NCBI GenBank assembly: GCA_963796415.1
Contig: CAWCLR010000019.1
Coordinates: forward strand, 84,928 to 148,927
Source: an uncultured Acidimicrobiales bacterium
GTDB lineage: Bacteria > Actinomycetota > Acidimicrobiia > Acidimicrobiales > VFJN01
Length of the DNA stretch: 64,000 nt
Direction of reading: 5' to 3'
The translations under genes and the position numbers were made by a program. Positions 1-9,522 of the stretch are shown here, in pieces (positions within the stretch are counted from its first letter, which is position 1; every line of letters begins with the position of its first letter). The notes under the pieces were generated by a model that was not told the DNA's origin, did no database searches, and saw only the letters and a list, made by a program, of their open reading frames with translations.

Positions 1-25
1 TCATGCACGAAGCGGCGGACGACGT

Positions 26-1291
26 GTGACCCCGTCCCGGGCGGCGCGCCCGGCGCGGATCGTCGAGGACCTGCTGCGCGAGCTGGCGCCGCAGGTCCTC
101 GGCGTGCTGGCGCGCCGCTTCCGGCAGTTCGACGCCTGCGAGGACGCGGTGCAGGAGGCGCTCGTGGCCGCGGCGGCGCAGTGGCCCGCCGACGGCATCC
201 CGGCCAACCCGCGGGGCTGGCTGGTGACCGTGGCGTCCCGGCGGATGACCGACCACGTGCGCAGCGAGTCGGCGCGTCGGCGGCGCGAGGACGCCGACGC
301 GGTCCGGCGCCCGTCGGACGGCACGATGGCGCCCGCGGACGACGACTCCTGGGCCACGCCAGCAGCGGACGACACGCTGACCCTGCTGTTCCTGTGCTGC
401 CACCCGTCGCTGTCGGCCCCGTCGCAGCTGGCGCTGACGCTGCGCGCCGTCGGCGGCCTGACGACGGCCGAGATCGCCCGGGCGTTCCTCGTGCCCGAGT
501 CGACGATGGCACAGCGCATCAGCCGGGCGAAGCAGCGCGTCAAGGCGGCCGGCGCCACGTTCGCGCTCCCCCGCCGGACGAGCGGGCCGAGCGCCTGAAG
601 GTGGTGCTCCACGTGCTGTACCTGATGTTCAACGAGGGCTACGCGTCCTCGTCGGGCCCCCACCTGCAGCGCACCGACCTCGGCGACGAGGCCGTGCGCA
701 TGACGCGGGCCGTCCACCGCCTGCTGCCCGACGACGGCGAGGTCGCCGGCCTCCTCGCCCTGATGATCCTGACCGACGCGCGCCGGGCCGCTCGCACCGG
801 CCCCGCCGGAGAGCTGATCCCGCTGGCCGAGCAGGACCGCAGCCTCTGGGACCGCGACGCCATCGGCGAGGGGGTCGAGCTCGTCACCCGCACGCTCGCC
901 AGCGCCCGGCTCGGCTCGTACCAGGTGCAGGCGGCCATCGCCGCCGTGCACGACGAGGCGCCGACGGCCGACGACACCGACTGGTTGCAGATCCTCGCCC
1001 TGTACGACGTGCTGGCCTCGCTGGCGCCCAACCCGATGGTGACCCTCAACCAGGCCGTGGCCCGGGCGATGGTGCTGGGCCCCGAGGCGGGCCTCGAGCT
1101 TCTGGCCACGCTCGACGACGACGAGCGGATGGCCGACCATCACCGTCTCCACTCCGTGCGGGCGCACCTGCGGGAGATGGCCGGGGACACCGAGGTCGGC
1201 CCGCGCGGGGTACCTCGAGGCCGCCCGGCGGACGGCGAGCCGGCCCGAGCAGCGCTACCTCGAGGCCCGGGCGTCCCGGCTGAAGCGGTGA
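26..1291 (+). CDS. ECF-type sigma-70 factor with long C-terminal TPR-like domain (COG4941/DUF6596-like); reading frame disrupted twice as sequenced
   Basis: N-terminal sigma region 2 and 4 motifs lie in frame 2 (26..~570). The middle part (LHVLYLMFNEGY, QVQAAIAAVH) lies in frame 1. The C-terminal end (ARAGYLEAARRTASRPEQRYLEARASRLKR, stop 1289-1291) is back in frame 2. Confidence 0.8.
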
Positions 1292-1433
1292 GGGGCGCGT
1301 CGCGTCCCGTGGAAGGGCGCGTTTATTCGTTCGCCGGGGCGGCTCCGACGGACCATGCTGACCTTCGCCCGCCCAGTCGGGCCGCCCCGACCTCCGAGGC
1401 GGACCGGCCGAGCTTGAAGGAGGTGCCCCGACG

Positions 1434-1526
1434 ATGATCACGACACGAGAGCTCTGCACCGTGAACCGTCGCGTGGCGCTTCCCATGCGCGGCGCGACCG
1501 CTCCGGTCCCGTTCACGGCCCGCTGA
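1434..1526 (+). CDS. Candidate 30-aa small ORF (MITTRELCTVNRRVALPMRGATAPVPFTAR)
   Basis: ATG lies 10 nt after the SD-like GAAGGAGG (1416-1423). The ORF is followed by an 8-bp stem hairpin at 1538-1557. No family recognised. Confidence 0.2.
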   Translation: MITTRELCTVNRRVALPMRGATAPVPFTAR

Positions 1527-1657
1527 CGCCCCTCCCGCCGTCGCTCCCCAGCGACGGGTGAGGTCCGGGCCGGGCATCCGGCTCTCGCTCCCGCGCCCTT
1601 GCGGCGCCCCTTGCCACGACGCGCCAGCTCGGCGCGCCCCGACACGAAGGACCCGCC

Positions 1658-1786
1658 ATGTTGCACAACGACCTGACCGCCAAGCTCCTCGTGCAGGATC
1701 GCCAGCGCGACCTGCGCCAGCGGGCGAGGCCCCGACCGCAGCCCCCGTCGCCCCCGCGCCGGTGGACGCGGCAGGGCCGGCGTTGA
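1658..1786 (+). CDS. Candidate 42-aa small ORF (MLHNDLTAKLLVQDRQRDLRQRA...)
   Basis: ATG is preceded by a GAAGGA-like SD. It lies in an otherwise apparently non-coding 670-bp gap. No family recognised. Confidence 0.15.
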   Translation: MLHNDLTAKLLVQDRQRDLRQRARPRPQPPSPPRRWTRQGRR

Positions 1787-1810
1787 TCCCGCTACCCGGG
1801 ATACGGATAC

Positions 1811-1849
1811 ACGAGGGGTGGTCGAGTGTCACACTCGATCACCCCTCGT
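1811..1849. repeat. 39-bp near-perfect palindrome, ~115 bp upstream of murA
   Basis: Arms are acgaggggtgGtcgagtgt and acactcgaTcacccctcgt. They are 19 nt each, with one G-U-compatible mismatch. Confidence 0.85.
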
Positions 1850-1963
1850 TCGCGTCAGGGCCCAGGTCAGGGCGGACGGGGCACCGTTGCGGCCGCGCGA
1901 TTGCACGGATCGTGGCGCTCCGGCTCGTCCGCGCCGCCGGCCGGGGCGAGTACCCTCGCACCG

Positions 1964-3289
1964 ATGGACGCGCCCACGGCCGAGGCCTGGCACATCCGCC
2001 CCAACGGACCTCTTGTGGGCGAGGTCGAAGTGAGCGGCTCGAAGAACGCGGTGACGAAACACATGGTCGCCGCCATGCTCGGCACCCAGCCCAGCACCAT
2101 CACGAACGCCCCCGCGGTCGGTGATGTCGGCATCACCGCCGACATCCTGACCTCGCTCGGCGTCGGGGTCGACATCGACGGCGACCGCATCACCATCGAC
2201 CCCGTCGAGGCGCCGGGCGCCGATGTACCGCTCGAGTTCACCGGCCTCAACCGCATCCCCATCCTCCTGCTCGGCCCGCTGCTCGCCCGCAACCACGAGG
2301 CGTTCGTCCCGCTCGTCGGCGGCGACCGCATCGGCCGGCGCCCCGTCGACTTCCACATCGACGCCCTCGAGCGCATGGGCGCCGAGATCACCGTCTCCGA
2401 CGACGGCATCACCGCCAAGGCCGACCACCTGCGCGGCGCGCAGATCACGCTCCCCTATCCCAGCGTGGGCGCGACCGAGAGCGTGCTGCTCACGGCCGTG
2501 CTCGCCGAGGGCCGCACCGTGCTGCGCAACGCCGCGGTCGAGCCCGAGGTCACCGAGCTGGCGCTGTTCCTGCAGCGCATGGGCGCCCGCATCGGCTTCA
2601 AGCCCGACCGGCGCATCGTCATCGAGGGGGTCGACCACCTGCGCGGCGCCGAGGCCAGGCTGCACGGCGACCGGCTCGAGGCGTTCTCGTACCTGGTGGC
2701 CGGCCTGATGACAGGCGGGCAGGTGCGCGTGGGCGGGTGCGCGCAGGACCGCCTGGTCACGGCCATCGACACGCTGCAGAAGATGGGCGCCAGCTTCGAG
2801 ATCACCGACGACTACATCCAGGCGAGCGCCGACGCCGGCTTGCGGCCCGCCGCGGTCCAGACCGACACCCACCCCGGGTTCATGACCGACTGGCAGCCGC
2901 CCCTCATCGTGTTGATGACCCAGGCCGAGGGCATGTCCGTGATCCACGAGACCGTCTACGAGGACCGCCTCGGCTACATCGAGGCACTCACCGACATGGG
3001 CGGCGAGATCGAGCTGTTCGACACCTGCCTGGGCGGCCCGGCCTGCCGTTTCCACGACACCAACGCCAAGCACTCCGCGGTGGTGCGGGGCGTGTCGAAG
3101 CTCCGGGGGGCCGAGGTCACGATCCCCGACGTGCGTGCTGGCTTCTCGTCGGTCATCGCCGCCGCGGTGGCCGACGGCCCGTCGATCCTCCACGGCATCC
3201 ACCACCTCGAACGCGGCTACAACAAGCCGTTCGAGACGCTCGAGGCGCTCGGGCTCAAGCTCGAGCGGATCCCCGCCGATCAGGCCTGA
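1964..3289 (+). CDS. murA: UDP-N-acetylglucosamine 1-carboxyvinyltransferase (MurA, EPT family)
   Basis: Contains SGSKNA...AAML, GGDRIGRRPVDFHI and an EPT-fold repeat pattern. Length is 441 aa from the ATG at 1964; the upstream part of ORF 1826.. looks non-coding. Confidence 0.85.
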   Translation: MDAPTAEAWHIRPNGPLVGEVEVSGSKNAVTKHMVAAMLGTQPSTITNAPAVGDVGITADILTSLGVGVDIDGDRITIDPVEAPGADVPLEFTGLNRIPILLLGPLLARNHEAFVPLVGGDRIGRRPVDFHIDALERMGAEITVSDDGITAKADHLRGAQITLPYPSVGATESVLLTAVLAEGRTVLRNAAVEPEVTELALFLQRMGARIGFKPDRRIVIEGVDHLRGAEARLHGDRLEAFSYLVAGLMTGGQVRVGGCAQDRLVTAIDTLQKMGASFEITDDYIQASADAGLRPAAVQTDTHPGFMTDWQPPLIVLMTQAEGMSVIHETVYEDRLGYIEALTDMGGEIELFDTCLGGPACRFHDTNAKHSAVVRGVSKLRGAEVTIPDVRAGFSSVIAAAVADGPSILHGIHHLERGYNKPFETLEALGLKLERIPADQA

Positions 3290-3915
3290 TTCGGCGCCCG
3301 CCCCGCGGAGCCGGGCTCGATCCAGCCCCTGTCGAGCGCGTCGCCCAGGCGGCGCTGCACCTCGGCCCACAAGGCCGGCGAGCCGGGCTCGATCGCCTGG
3401 TTGACGGCGTGCACCCGGTCTGCCGCCACGTCGTTCTCGCGCCAGGCCCGCCCGCCGCTGGCGTGGTTGAGCAGGAACCCCGCGAACCGGTCGACCGACC
3501 GGGCGAAGCGGGCCTCGGGGCTCGTGCCGTGCTCGAACTCGTCCCACAGGGCCCGCAGCTCGGCTCCCTGATCGGCGGGGAGGAGGCCGTACAGCCGGTC
3601 GGCCGCCGCTCGCTCGCGTGCGTCCTTCGACGCCCGGCCGGCGTCGTCGTAGACGTAGGTGTCGCCTGCGTCGACCTCGACGAGGTCGTGGATCACGACC
3701 ATGCGCACCACCGTGGCGACGTCGACGGGATCGGCGGCGTGCTCGGCGAGGACGAGCGCCATCAGCGCGAGGGTCCACGAGTGCTCGGCGGTGTTCTCGC
3801 GGCGCGAGCCGTCAGCCACGTAGCCGCGGCGGATCACCGACTTGAGCCGGTCGACCTCGAGCACGAACCCCAGCTGGTCCGCCAGCCGGGCCGCGGCCTC
3901 GTCGCTCGAGGTCAC
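3280..3915 (-). CDS. HD-domain phosphohydrolase (YfbR-like 5'-deoxynucleotidase family)
   Basis: Contains ENTAEHSW...VVIHDLVEVDAGD (H..HD..D metal motif). The GTG at 3915 lies 2 nt after the upstream stop. An alternative ATG is at 3948. Confidence 0.8.
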   Translation of the reverse strand: MTSSDEAAARLADQLGFVLEVDRLKSVIRRGYVADGSRRENTAEHSWTLALMALVLAEHAADPVDVATVVRMVVIHDLVEVDAGDTYVYDDAGRASKDARERAAADRLYGLLPADQGAELRALWDEFEHGTSPEARFARSVDRFAGFLLNHASGGRAWRENDVAADRVHAVNQAIEPGSPALWAEVQRRLGDALDRGWIEPGSAGRAPNQA

Positions 3916-3917
3916 GT

Positions 3918-4769
3918 TCAGCCCGCGACGAGGCTCGCGAGCGCCCACAGCGCGGCGATCGTGCCGACGACGATCATCACGATGCTGCGCGACACGGGCG
4001 CCCGGGCGAGCTCGCCCTCCTTGGGCGCCTCGGGCGGGCGCACCAGAGCCACGATGCTGCCGACCGCCATCGCCGCCCCCAGGGCGAGCACGAGGTAGGC
4101 GAGCAGGTCCTCACCGAGAAAGACCGGGGTCTCATCACCGAACAGCATCGACACCAGCGTAGGGTCCGCCGGTCGGGGCGGCCCAGCCGCGGGACTCAGG
4201 GGCGGCGACCCGGCCGCGGACGCGTGCTCGGCGAGCCCGTCGAGCAGGTGGGCGCCGTCGGTGTGGCCGAACGGGACGAGGTTGGCGACGAGCGCGACGA
4301 CGTTGGCGGCGATCGCCATCTCGACGAGGGCCGTGGCCGTGCCGCCGTCGCCCATCGTCCCGCGCGCCGCCAGCAGGCCGAGCACGAGGGCCGCACTCGC
4401 CGCCGGACCGGCCAACGCCACGGCCGCCCGCTCCAGCGGGCGGTCGTCACGCCCGAAGTAGGCGGTCACGCCCGCGAGCCCACCGAGCACCACCCACTCG
4501 ACCCGGTAGCCGAGGTTGTGCGCCGCGACGGCGTGGGCGCCCTCGTGGACCAGCGTCGAGGCCACCACGCTGACGAGGGCGAACAGCGGGAGCCAGGAGA
4601 CGAGCCCGTCGGGACCCCAGGCCGCCACGCCGACCGCGACGGCCGACAGGGCCGCGAGCCCGGCGCTGACACGCAGACGCGGACCGAGGAGGGGGAACGT
4701 CCACCGGGGCGGCCGGATCCCCGAGGCGACACGATCGTGTCGGACCCGCGGGTGCGCCGGCGCGGCCAC
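3918..4769 (-). CDS. M50-family (site-2 protease-like) membrane metalloprotease
   Basis: Has HEGAHAV (HExxH) inside a hydrophobic segment and several TM stretches. The GTG start at 4769 is inferred. The rest of ORF 3918..5987 is shadow sequence opposite the acyltransferase. Confidence 0.7.
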   Translation of the reverse strand: MAAPAHPRVRHDRVASGIRPPRWTFPLLGPRLRVSAGLAALSAVAVGVAAWGPDGLVSWLPLFALVSVVASTLVHEGAHAVAAHNLGYRVEWVVLGGLAGVTAYFGRDDRPLERAAVALAGPAASAALVLGLLAARGTMGDGGTATALVEMAIAANVVALVANLVPFGHTDGAHLLDGLAEHASAAGSPPLSPAAGPPRPADPTLVSMLFGDETPVFLGEDLLAYLVLALGAAMAVGSIVALVRPPEAPKEGELARAPVSRSIVMIVVGTIAALWALASLVAG

Positions 4770-4871
4770 GTCCCCAGGATGCCAGACGGATTGGTCTGGG
4801 GGGCCGCCCCTGGGGGCTTTGGGGGGCGGCCCGGATCGTCCGGCCGGACGGGACGGCGCACCGTGGCCCGC

Positions 4872-6039
4872 ATGCCCAGCGCGACCATCACGCCGACAAC
4901 GATCGACGGCCTCGTCGACGCCACCCCTGCTGCCCGCGACCGGGTGGTCGACCTGCTCCGCGCCGTCAGCATCGGCGTCGTGGTGCTGTGGCACTGGAGC
5001 CTGTCGATCACCCACTGGCGCGACGGCGCGCTGACGATGCCCAACCCCGTCGGCGATGTCCCCGGCCTGTGGGCCGCCACGTGGCTGCTGCAGGTCATGC
5101 CCGTGTTCTTCCTCGTCGGCGGCTACGCCAACCTGGCGGGCTGGCAGGCGGTGGGGCGCGCGGGAGACGGCGCCACCGGCCGGTTCCTGCGCAGCCGGAT
5201 GCGCCGCCTGCTCGGGCCGCTCGTCCCGTGGCTCGGGTGCTGGCTGGTGGCCGACCTGGCCTGGCGCGCCGCCGGGGGCCGCAGCGTTGTCGAGTGGGGC
5301 ATGGTGGTGTTCGTCCCGCTCTGGTTCCTCGCCGTGTACGCAGGTGTGGTGCTGGCCGTGCCGGTCACGGCCCGGCTGCACGCCCGCTGGCGGTGGCGGG
5401 TGCCGGCGGCGCTGGCCGCGGCCGCGCTGGCGGCCGACGTCCTGCGCCTCGGCGCCGAGGTCGGGGGAACTGCAGTGGGGCTGGCCGGCTCGGCCTGCGT
5501 GTGGCTGTTCTGCCACCAGCTCGGCTACTTCTGGCGTGACGGGACCCTGCTGGCCGCGCGGCCGCCGGCGGGCCGGCGCGCTGGTCGCGGCCGGGCTCGG
5601 CGGACTGGTCGTCCTGACGGCCGTCGGCCCGTACCCCGCGGCGATGGTCGCGGTCCGCGGCGGGGAGACGAGCAACATGTTCCCCACCACCGCATGCATC
5701 GCTGCCCTGGCCACGTTCCAGCTCGGCGTCGTGCTGTGGCTGCGCCCCCGGCTCGACGCCTGGCTGCAGCGCCGGGCCGCCTGGCGGGCCGTGGTCGCCG
5801 CCAACGGGCTCGCCATGCCGGTCTTCTGCTGGCACATGACGGCCCTCGTCGCCTTCCTCTGGCTGTACGAGCGGGCCGGATTCACCCCGGCCGCCGAGCC
5901 CACCGCCGACTGGTGGCTGACCCGCCCGGTGTGGGTCGCCGGCCCCGGGCTCGTCCTCGGCGCCGTCGTCTTCGGGCTGCGGCGCACGCAGCGTGGCCGG
6001 CCCCCGACCCGGTCCGCCGCCCGCGGCGGCGACCGCTAG
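4872..6039 (+). CDS. Acyltransferase family 3 (OafA-like) integral membrane protein; one frame disruption near 5570
   Basis: N-terminal part (VVLWHWSLSITHW, VMPVFFLVGGYANL) is in frame 0. The hydrophobic C-terminal part (GALVAAGLGGLVVLTAVGPYP...MPVFCWHMTALVAF) is in frame 1 and ends at 6039. Confidence 0.7.
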
Positions 6040-6049
6040 TTTGCGGACG

Positions 6050-7927
6050 ATGTCGAGCCGGTACCGCCTGGTGGCGCTCGTCGGCCTCGTCCTGCTGGGG
6101 GCCGGCATCTACGCCATCTTCGCCCTCATGCGCGACGACACCCCGGCCCCGAACGCGGCGGTCGAGGCGTACCTCGCCGATTGGTCGGACGGCGACTTCG
6201 CCGCCATGGAGGAGCGCGTGGTCGACGCCCCGGCCACGTTCGTCGACGACTACCAGGCCGTCGTCGACGACCTGGGCGTGACCGAGGCCGACTACGAGCT
6301 GACGACGGCCGACGTGGGCGGGAGCACGGGAGTGGCCCGGTACTCGGCGACCGTGCAGCTCGAGGGGCTCGGCGAGTGGTCCTGGGACGGGTCGCTGTCC
6401 ATCGCCGAGGAGGACGGCGAGTGGCTCGTCGAGTGGGCGCCCTCGAACATCCACCCCGAGCTCGCCGACGGGCAGCGCCTGGCCCTCACCCGCGAGGTGC
6501 CCGAACGCGCGCCGATCCTCGATGCCGCCGGCAACCCCCTGTCGGTGGGCCGCGCGGCCCGGATCATCGGGCTCGAGCCGCGGGCGATCCTCGACCTGAA
6601 CCAGGTCAAAGCGGCGTTCCAGCAGCAGCTCGGCATCGACCCGGCCGTCATCGACGCGGCGCTCAACGCCCCCGGTGTCCAGCCCGACCACTTCGTCACC
6701 ATCACCACCATCGACCAGGCCCGCTACGACCAGGTCGCGCCGGTCATCTTCCCGCTGCCGGGCACCCGGTTCCGCGACACGTTCCTGCGGGGCGGGCCCA
6801 CCCCCGAGTTCGCCGCCCACGTGCTCGGCCGCTTCGGCGAGATCACCGAGGAGCGGCTCGAGGAGCTCGGCCCGCCCTACCAGGCGGGCGACATGGTCGG
6901 GTTGAGCGGGCTCGAGGCGCGCTTCGAGGAGCAGCTCGCCGGCACGCCGTCGAGCACGGTGCAGGTGGTGACGGAGGACGGCACCGTGGTGGCCGACGTC
7001 CATCGGTTCGAGGGGCAGGCGCCCCAGCCCGTGCGCACGACGCTCGATCCCGCCGTCCAGTCGGCGGTCGAGGCGGCGCTCGGCACCACGACCGCCCCCA
7101 CCGCCATCGTCGTCGTCGACTCCAAGAGCAACGTCCGGGCGGTCGCGTCGCGACCGCTGAACGAGTTCAACCGGGCGTTGGCCGGCGAGTACGCCCCCGG
7201 CTCCACGTTCAAGATCGTGACCACCACCGGGCTGCTCGCCCGGGGTGTCACGCCCGACACGCCGGTCGAGTGCGCGCCGACGGTCAACGCCGGCGGACGC
7301 TCGTTCCGGAACTTCGAGCAGTCGAGCCTCGGGACCGTCCCGTTCGGCCTGGCGTTCGCCCAGTCGTGCAACACGGCCTTCATCTCCGCCGCCGCCGACA
7401 TGCCCGACCCCGACTTCGTGGCCGCGGCCGAGAGCTACGGCTTCAACACCGAGTACTCCGTCGGGCTCGACACCGCCGGCGGCAGCTTCCCCACCCCGGC
7501 CGACGCCACCGAGCACGCGGCGGCCGCCATCGGCCAGGGTCGGGTGACCGCCAGCCCTCTGCACATGGCGACGGTCGGCGGATCGGTGATCGACGGCACG
7601 TGGGAACCGCCGGTCCTGCTGCCCGACGAGCCGGCGCCGAACGCGCCGGCGCCCACGTCCCTCGCGCCCGGCGCCAACCAGACCCTGTTCGGCCTGATGC
7701 GCCGGGTGGTCACCGAGGGCAGCGGCACCGCCGCCGCCGTACCCGGCGTCGACATCGCCGGCAAGACGGGCACGGCCGAGTACGGCTCGGGCGACCCGCC
7801 CCCGACCCGGGCCTGGTTCGTCGGCATCCGGGGCGACCTGGCCGTGGCGGTCCTGGTCGAGGACGGCGTGTCGGGGGGCGAGGTGGCTGCCCCGATCGCC
7901 GGCCGGGTGCTGGCCGCGCTGCCCTGA
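6050..7927 (+). CDS. Class B penicillin-binding protein (transpeptidase) with NTF2-like N-terminal domain
   Basis: N-terminal TM anchor. Contains the STFK, SCN and KTGT motifs (APGSTFKIV, AQSCNTAF, AGKTGTAE). Confidence 0.85.
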   Translation: MSSRYRLVALVGLVLLGAGIYAIFALMRDDTPAPNAAVEAYLADWSDGDFAAMEERVVDAPATFVDDYQAVVDDLGVTEADYELTTADVGGSTGVARYSATVQLEGLGEWSWDGSLSIAEEDGEWLVEWAPSNIHPELADGQRLALTREVPERAPILDAAGNPLSVGRAARIIGLEPRAILDLNQVKAAFQQQLGIDPAVIDAALNAPGVQPDHFVTITTIDQARYDQVAPVIFPLPGTRFRDTFLRGGPTPEFAAHVLGRFGEITEERLEELGPPYQAGDMVGLSGLEARFEEQLAGTPSSTVQVVTEDGTVVADVHRFEGQAPQPVRTTLDPAVQSAVEAALGTTTAPTAIVVVDSKSNVRAVASRPLNEFNRALAGEYAPGSTFKIVTTTGLLARGVTPDTPVECAPTVNAGGRSFRNFEQSSLGTVPFGLAFAQSCNTAFISAAADMPDPDFVAAAESYGFNTEYSVGLDTAGGSFPTPADATEHAAAAIGQGRVTASPLHMATVGGSVIDGTWEPPVLLPDEPAPNAPAPTSLAPGANQTLFGLMRRVVTEGSGTAAAVPGVDIAGKTGTAEYGSGDPPPTRAWFVGIRGDLAVAVLVEDGVSGGEVAAPIAGRVLAALP

Positions 7928-7954
7928 GCGAGCGGGCGCCGGCCCTACACGGCA

Positions 7955-8788
7955 CTAGACGGCAGGTTCCTCGGGCGGCTCCGCGACCAGCGCCGGGGCT
8001 GCGGTCGGCGCAAGGTCGACGAGGATGCCGAAGATGCCGCTCTTGACGAGCCACGAGATCCCGAACGCGACCACGCCGATCGTTTCCAGCCAGAGCAGCG
8101 ACCTCACTGAGTCGGGCGGCTGGACGAGGTTGCTCAGCGCAACGAGCACGATCGAGCCGACGATCGTCCAGCCGCACACCCGGAACACGGTGTTGCGCTT
8201 CCGCTTGGCGTCGGACAGCGGCCGGCCCGGGTCGCTCTTCGTGAACAGCTTGAGCGAGAAGTAGGCGAGGAGGACGAACAGGATGCACGCGCACAGGAGG
8301 TGCGCGGTCGACACGAACCATTCGCCCGACCACGCCTTTGCCTGGTGCTCGGCCGTAGGGAACAGGGCGACCCCGATCGCCGCCGCGCTGGCGCCGTAGC
8401 TGAGGTTGTTGTCGAGCTCGTAGCCCGGCAGCGGCCTGTGCTGGTACGACAGGAAGAACACGCCGAGTGCGCACAGCGCGCCCACGAAGACGTTGCCCAT
8501 GGGCGAGTAGTAGTAGGCGCTGATCGAGGATCGGAGCTCGTCGCCGCCCAGCGCGAAGTCGCCGATGACCACGACGAAGGGCAGCAACACCGCGATGCCG
8601 CCCACCAGCTTCTGGAGGAACAGGTAGGCGCCGGCGAGCGCGCTGTCGCCGGCGGCGTCCTGCGCGATCTCCAGCTTCTGTGCCTGATCGCCAGGGCTTT
8701 CCGCCTCGACGGCGGCCTCGAAGGCCTCGGTGCTCTTCTCGGAGAGGCGCGTGGCCTCGGACACCGGTTGCTCGTCGTCCGCCTGCAT
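7955..8788 (-). CDS. Polytopic membrane protein, family unassigned
   Basis: Has 5-6 hydrophobic helices after an acidic N-terminal region. The ATG at 8788 (MQADDEQP) was chosen over the ORF start at 8884. Confidence 0.6.
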   Translation of the reverse strand: MQADDEQPVSEATRLSEKSTEAFEAAVEAESPGDQAQKLEIAQDAAGDSALAGAYLFLQKLVGGIAVLLPFVVVIGDFALGGDELRSSISAYYYSPMGNVFVGALCALGVFFLSYQHRPLPGYELDNNLSYGASAAAIGVALFPTAEHQAKAWSGEWFVSTAHLLCACILFVLLAYFSLKLFTKSDPGRPLSDAKRKRNTVFRVCGWTIVGSIVLVALSNLVQPPDSVRSLLWLETIGVVAFGISWLVKSGIFGILVDLAPTAAPALVAEPPEEPAV

Positions 8789-8882
8789 CGCGTCCACCCC
8801 TCCCGCATGCCGGAACGGGCACGAGCCTAGATCTCGACGCGCGCCGCAGCGGGCGACCCGCTGGTGCGCTGAACTACATCGC

Positions 8883-9338
8883 ATGGCCGAGATCGAACGG
8901 AAGTTCCGCGTCCCCGCCGTGCCCGAGCATCTGGCGGCCGGGATGCGCCTGCGACAGGCCTACCTGGCGATCGACGGGGACGTCGAGGTCCGGGTGCGCG
9001 ACCAGGGCGGCACGCCCGTGCTCGGCATCAAGGGCGGGCACGGTGTCGAGCGCACCGAGGTCGAGGTGGAGGTCGACCGGGCGACCTTCGACGAGCTCTG
9101 GAGCCTGCCCACCGAGCGCCGCATCGAGAAGACCCGCTACCGGGTGCCGGCGGGCGAACACACGGCCGAGCTCGACGTCTACGCCGGGACGCTCGAGGGG
9201 CTGCTCGTCGTGGAGGTCGAGTTCGCCAGCCGCGACGAGGCCGAGGCGTTCGTCCCGCCCCCCTGGTTCGGCGACGAGCTGACGGGCGATCGGCGCTGGT
9301 CCAACGCCGCGCTCGCCACCGACGGACGGCCCGAGTAG
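8883..9338 (+). CDS. CYTH-domain protein (triphosphate tunnel metalloenzyme)
   Basis: Starts MAEIERKF (ExExK signature). Alternating acidic/basic beta-strand pattern; 151 aa. Confidence 0.8.
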   Translation: MAEIERKFRVPAVPEHLAAGMRLRQAYLAIDGDVEVRVRDQGGTPVLGIKGGHGVERTEVEVEVDRATFDELWSLPTERRIEKTRYRVPAGEHTAELDVYAGTLEGLLVVEVEFASRDEAEAFVPPPWFGDELTGDRRWSNAALATDGRPE

Positions 9339-9522
9339 CCCCCGGCGCGCTCGTGGCCGTCGCCCGGCGGCGTCGGTCACCTTCACCTCAGCCGTACCTC
9401 GCCGCCCGCAGCTCAGACGCCTCGTCCAGGAAGGATGAGCGGCCCCGCACGATCCGGCCAGGCCGATGGCTCCGAACAACCCCCGGAGCGGAGGCACCGA
9501 TCGATCGGGAGGGAACCCCGTC

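Noticed and set aside
1829-3778. 649-aa minus-strand ORF overlapping murA. Similar long antisense or off-frame ORFs include 5882..7564, 9388..10800, 24057..25274, 33894..36290, 37178..38806, 53975..56134 and 60666..62648.
   Set aside because: Their translations are dominated by Arg/Gly/Ala/Pro/Asp runs with no recognisable motifs. Each lies opposite or out of frame to a gene with clear family signatures. These are typical shadow ORFs of ~70% GC DNA.
3918-5987. Full 689-aa minus ORF as a single large protein
   Set aside because: Only the C-terminal ~283 aa (3918-4769) show M50 protease and TM features. The upstream part is Arg/Pro-rich and lies antisense to the acyltransferase gene.
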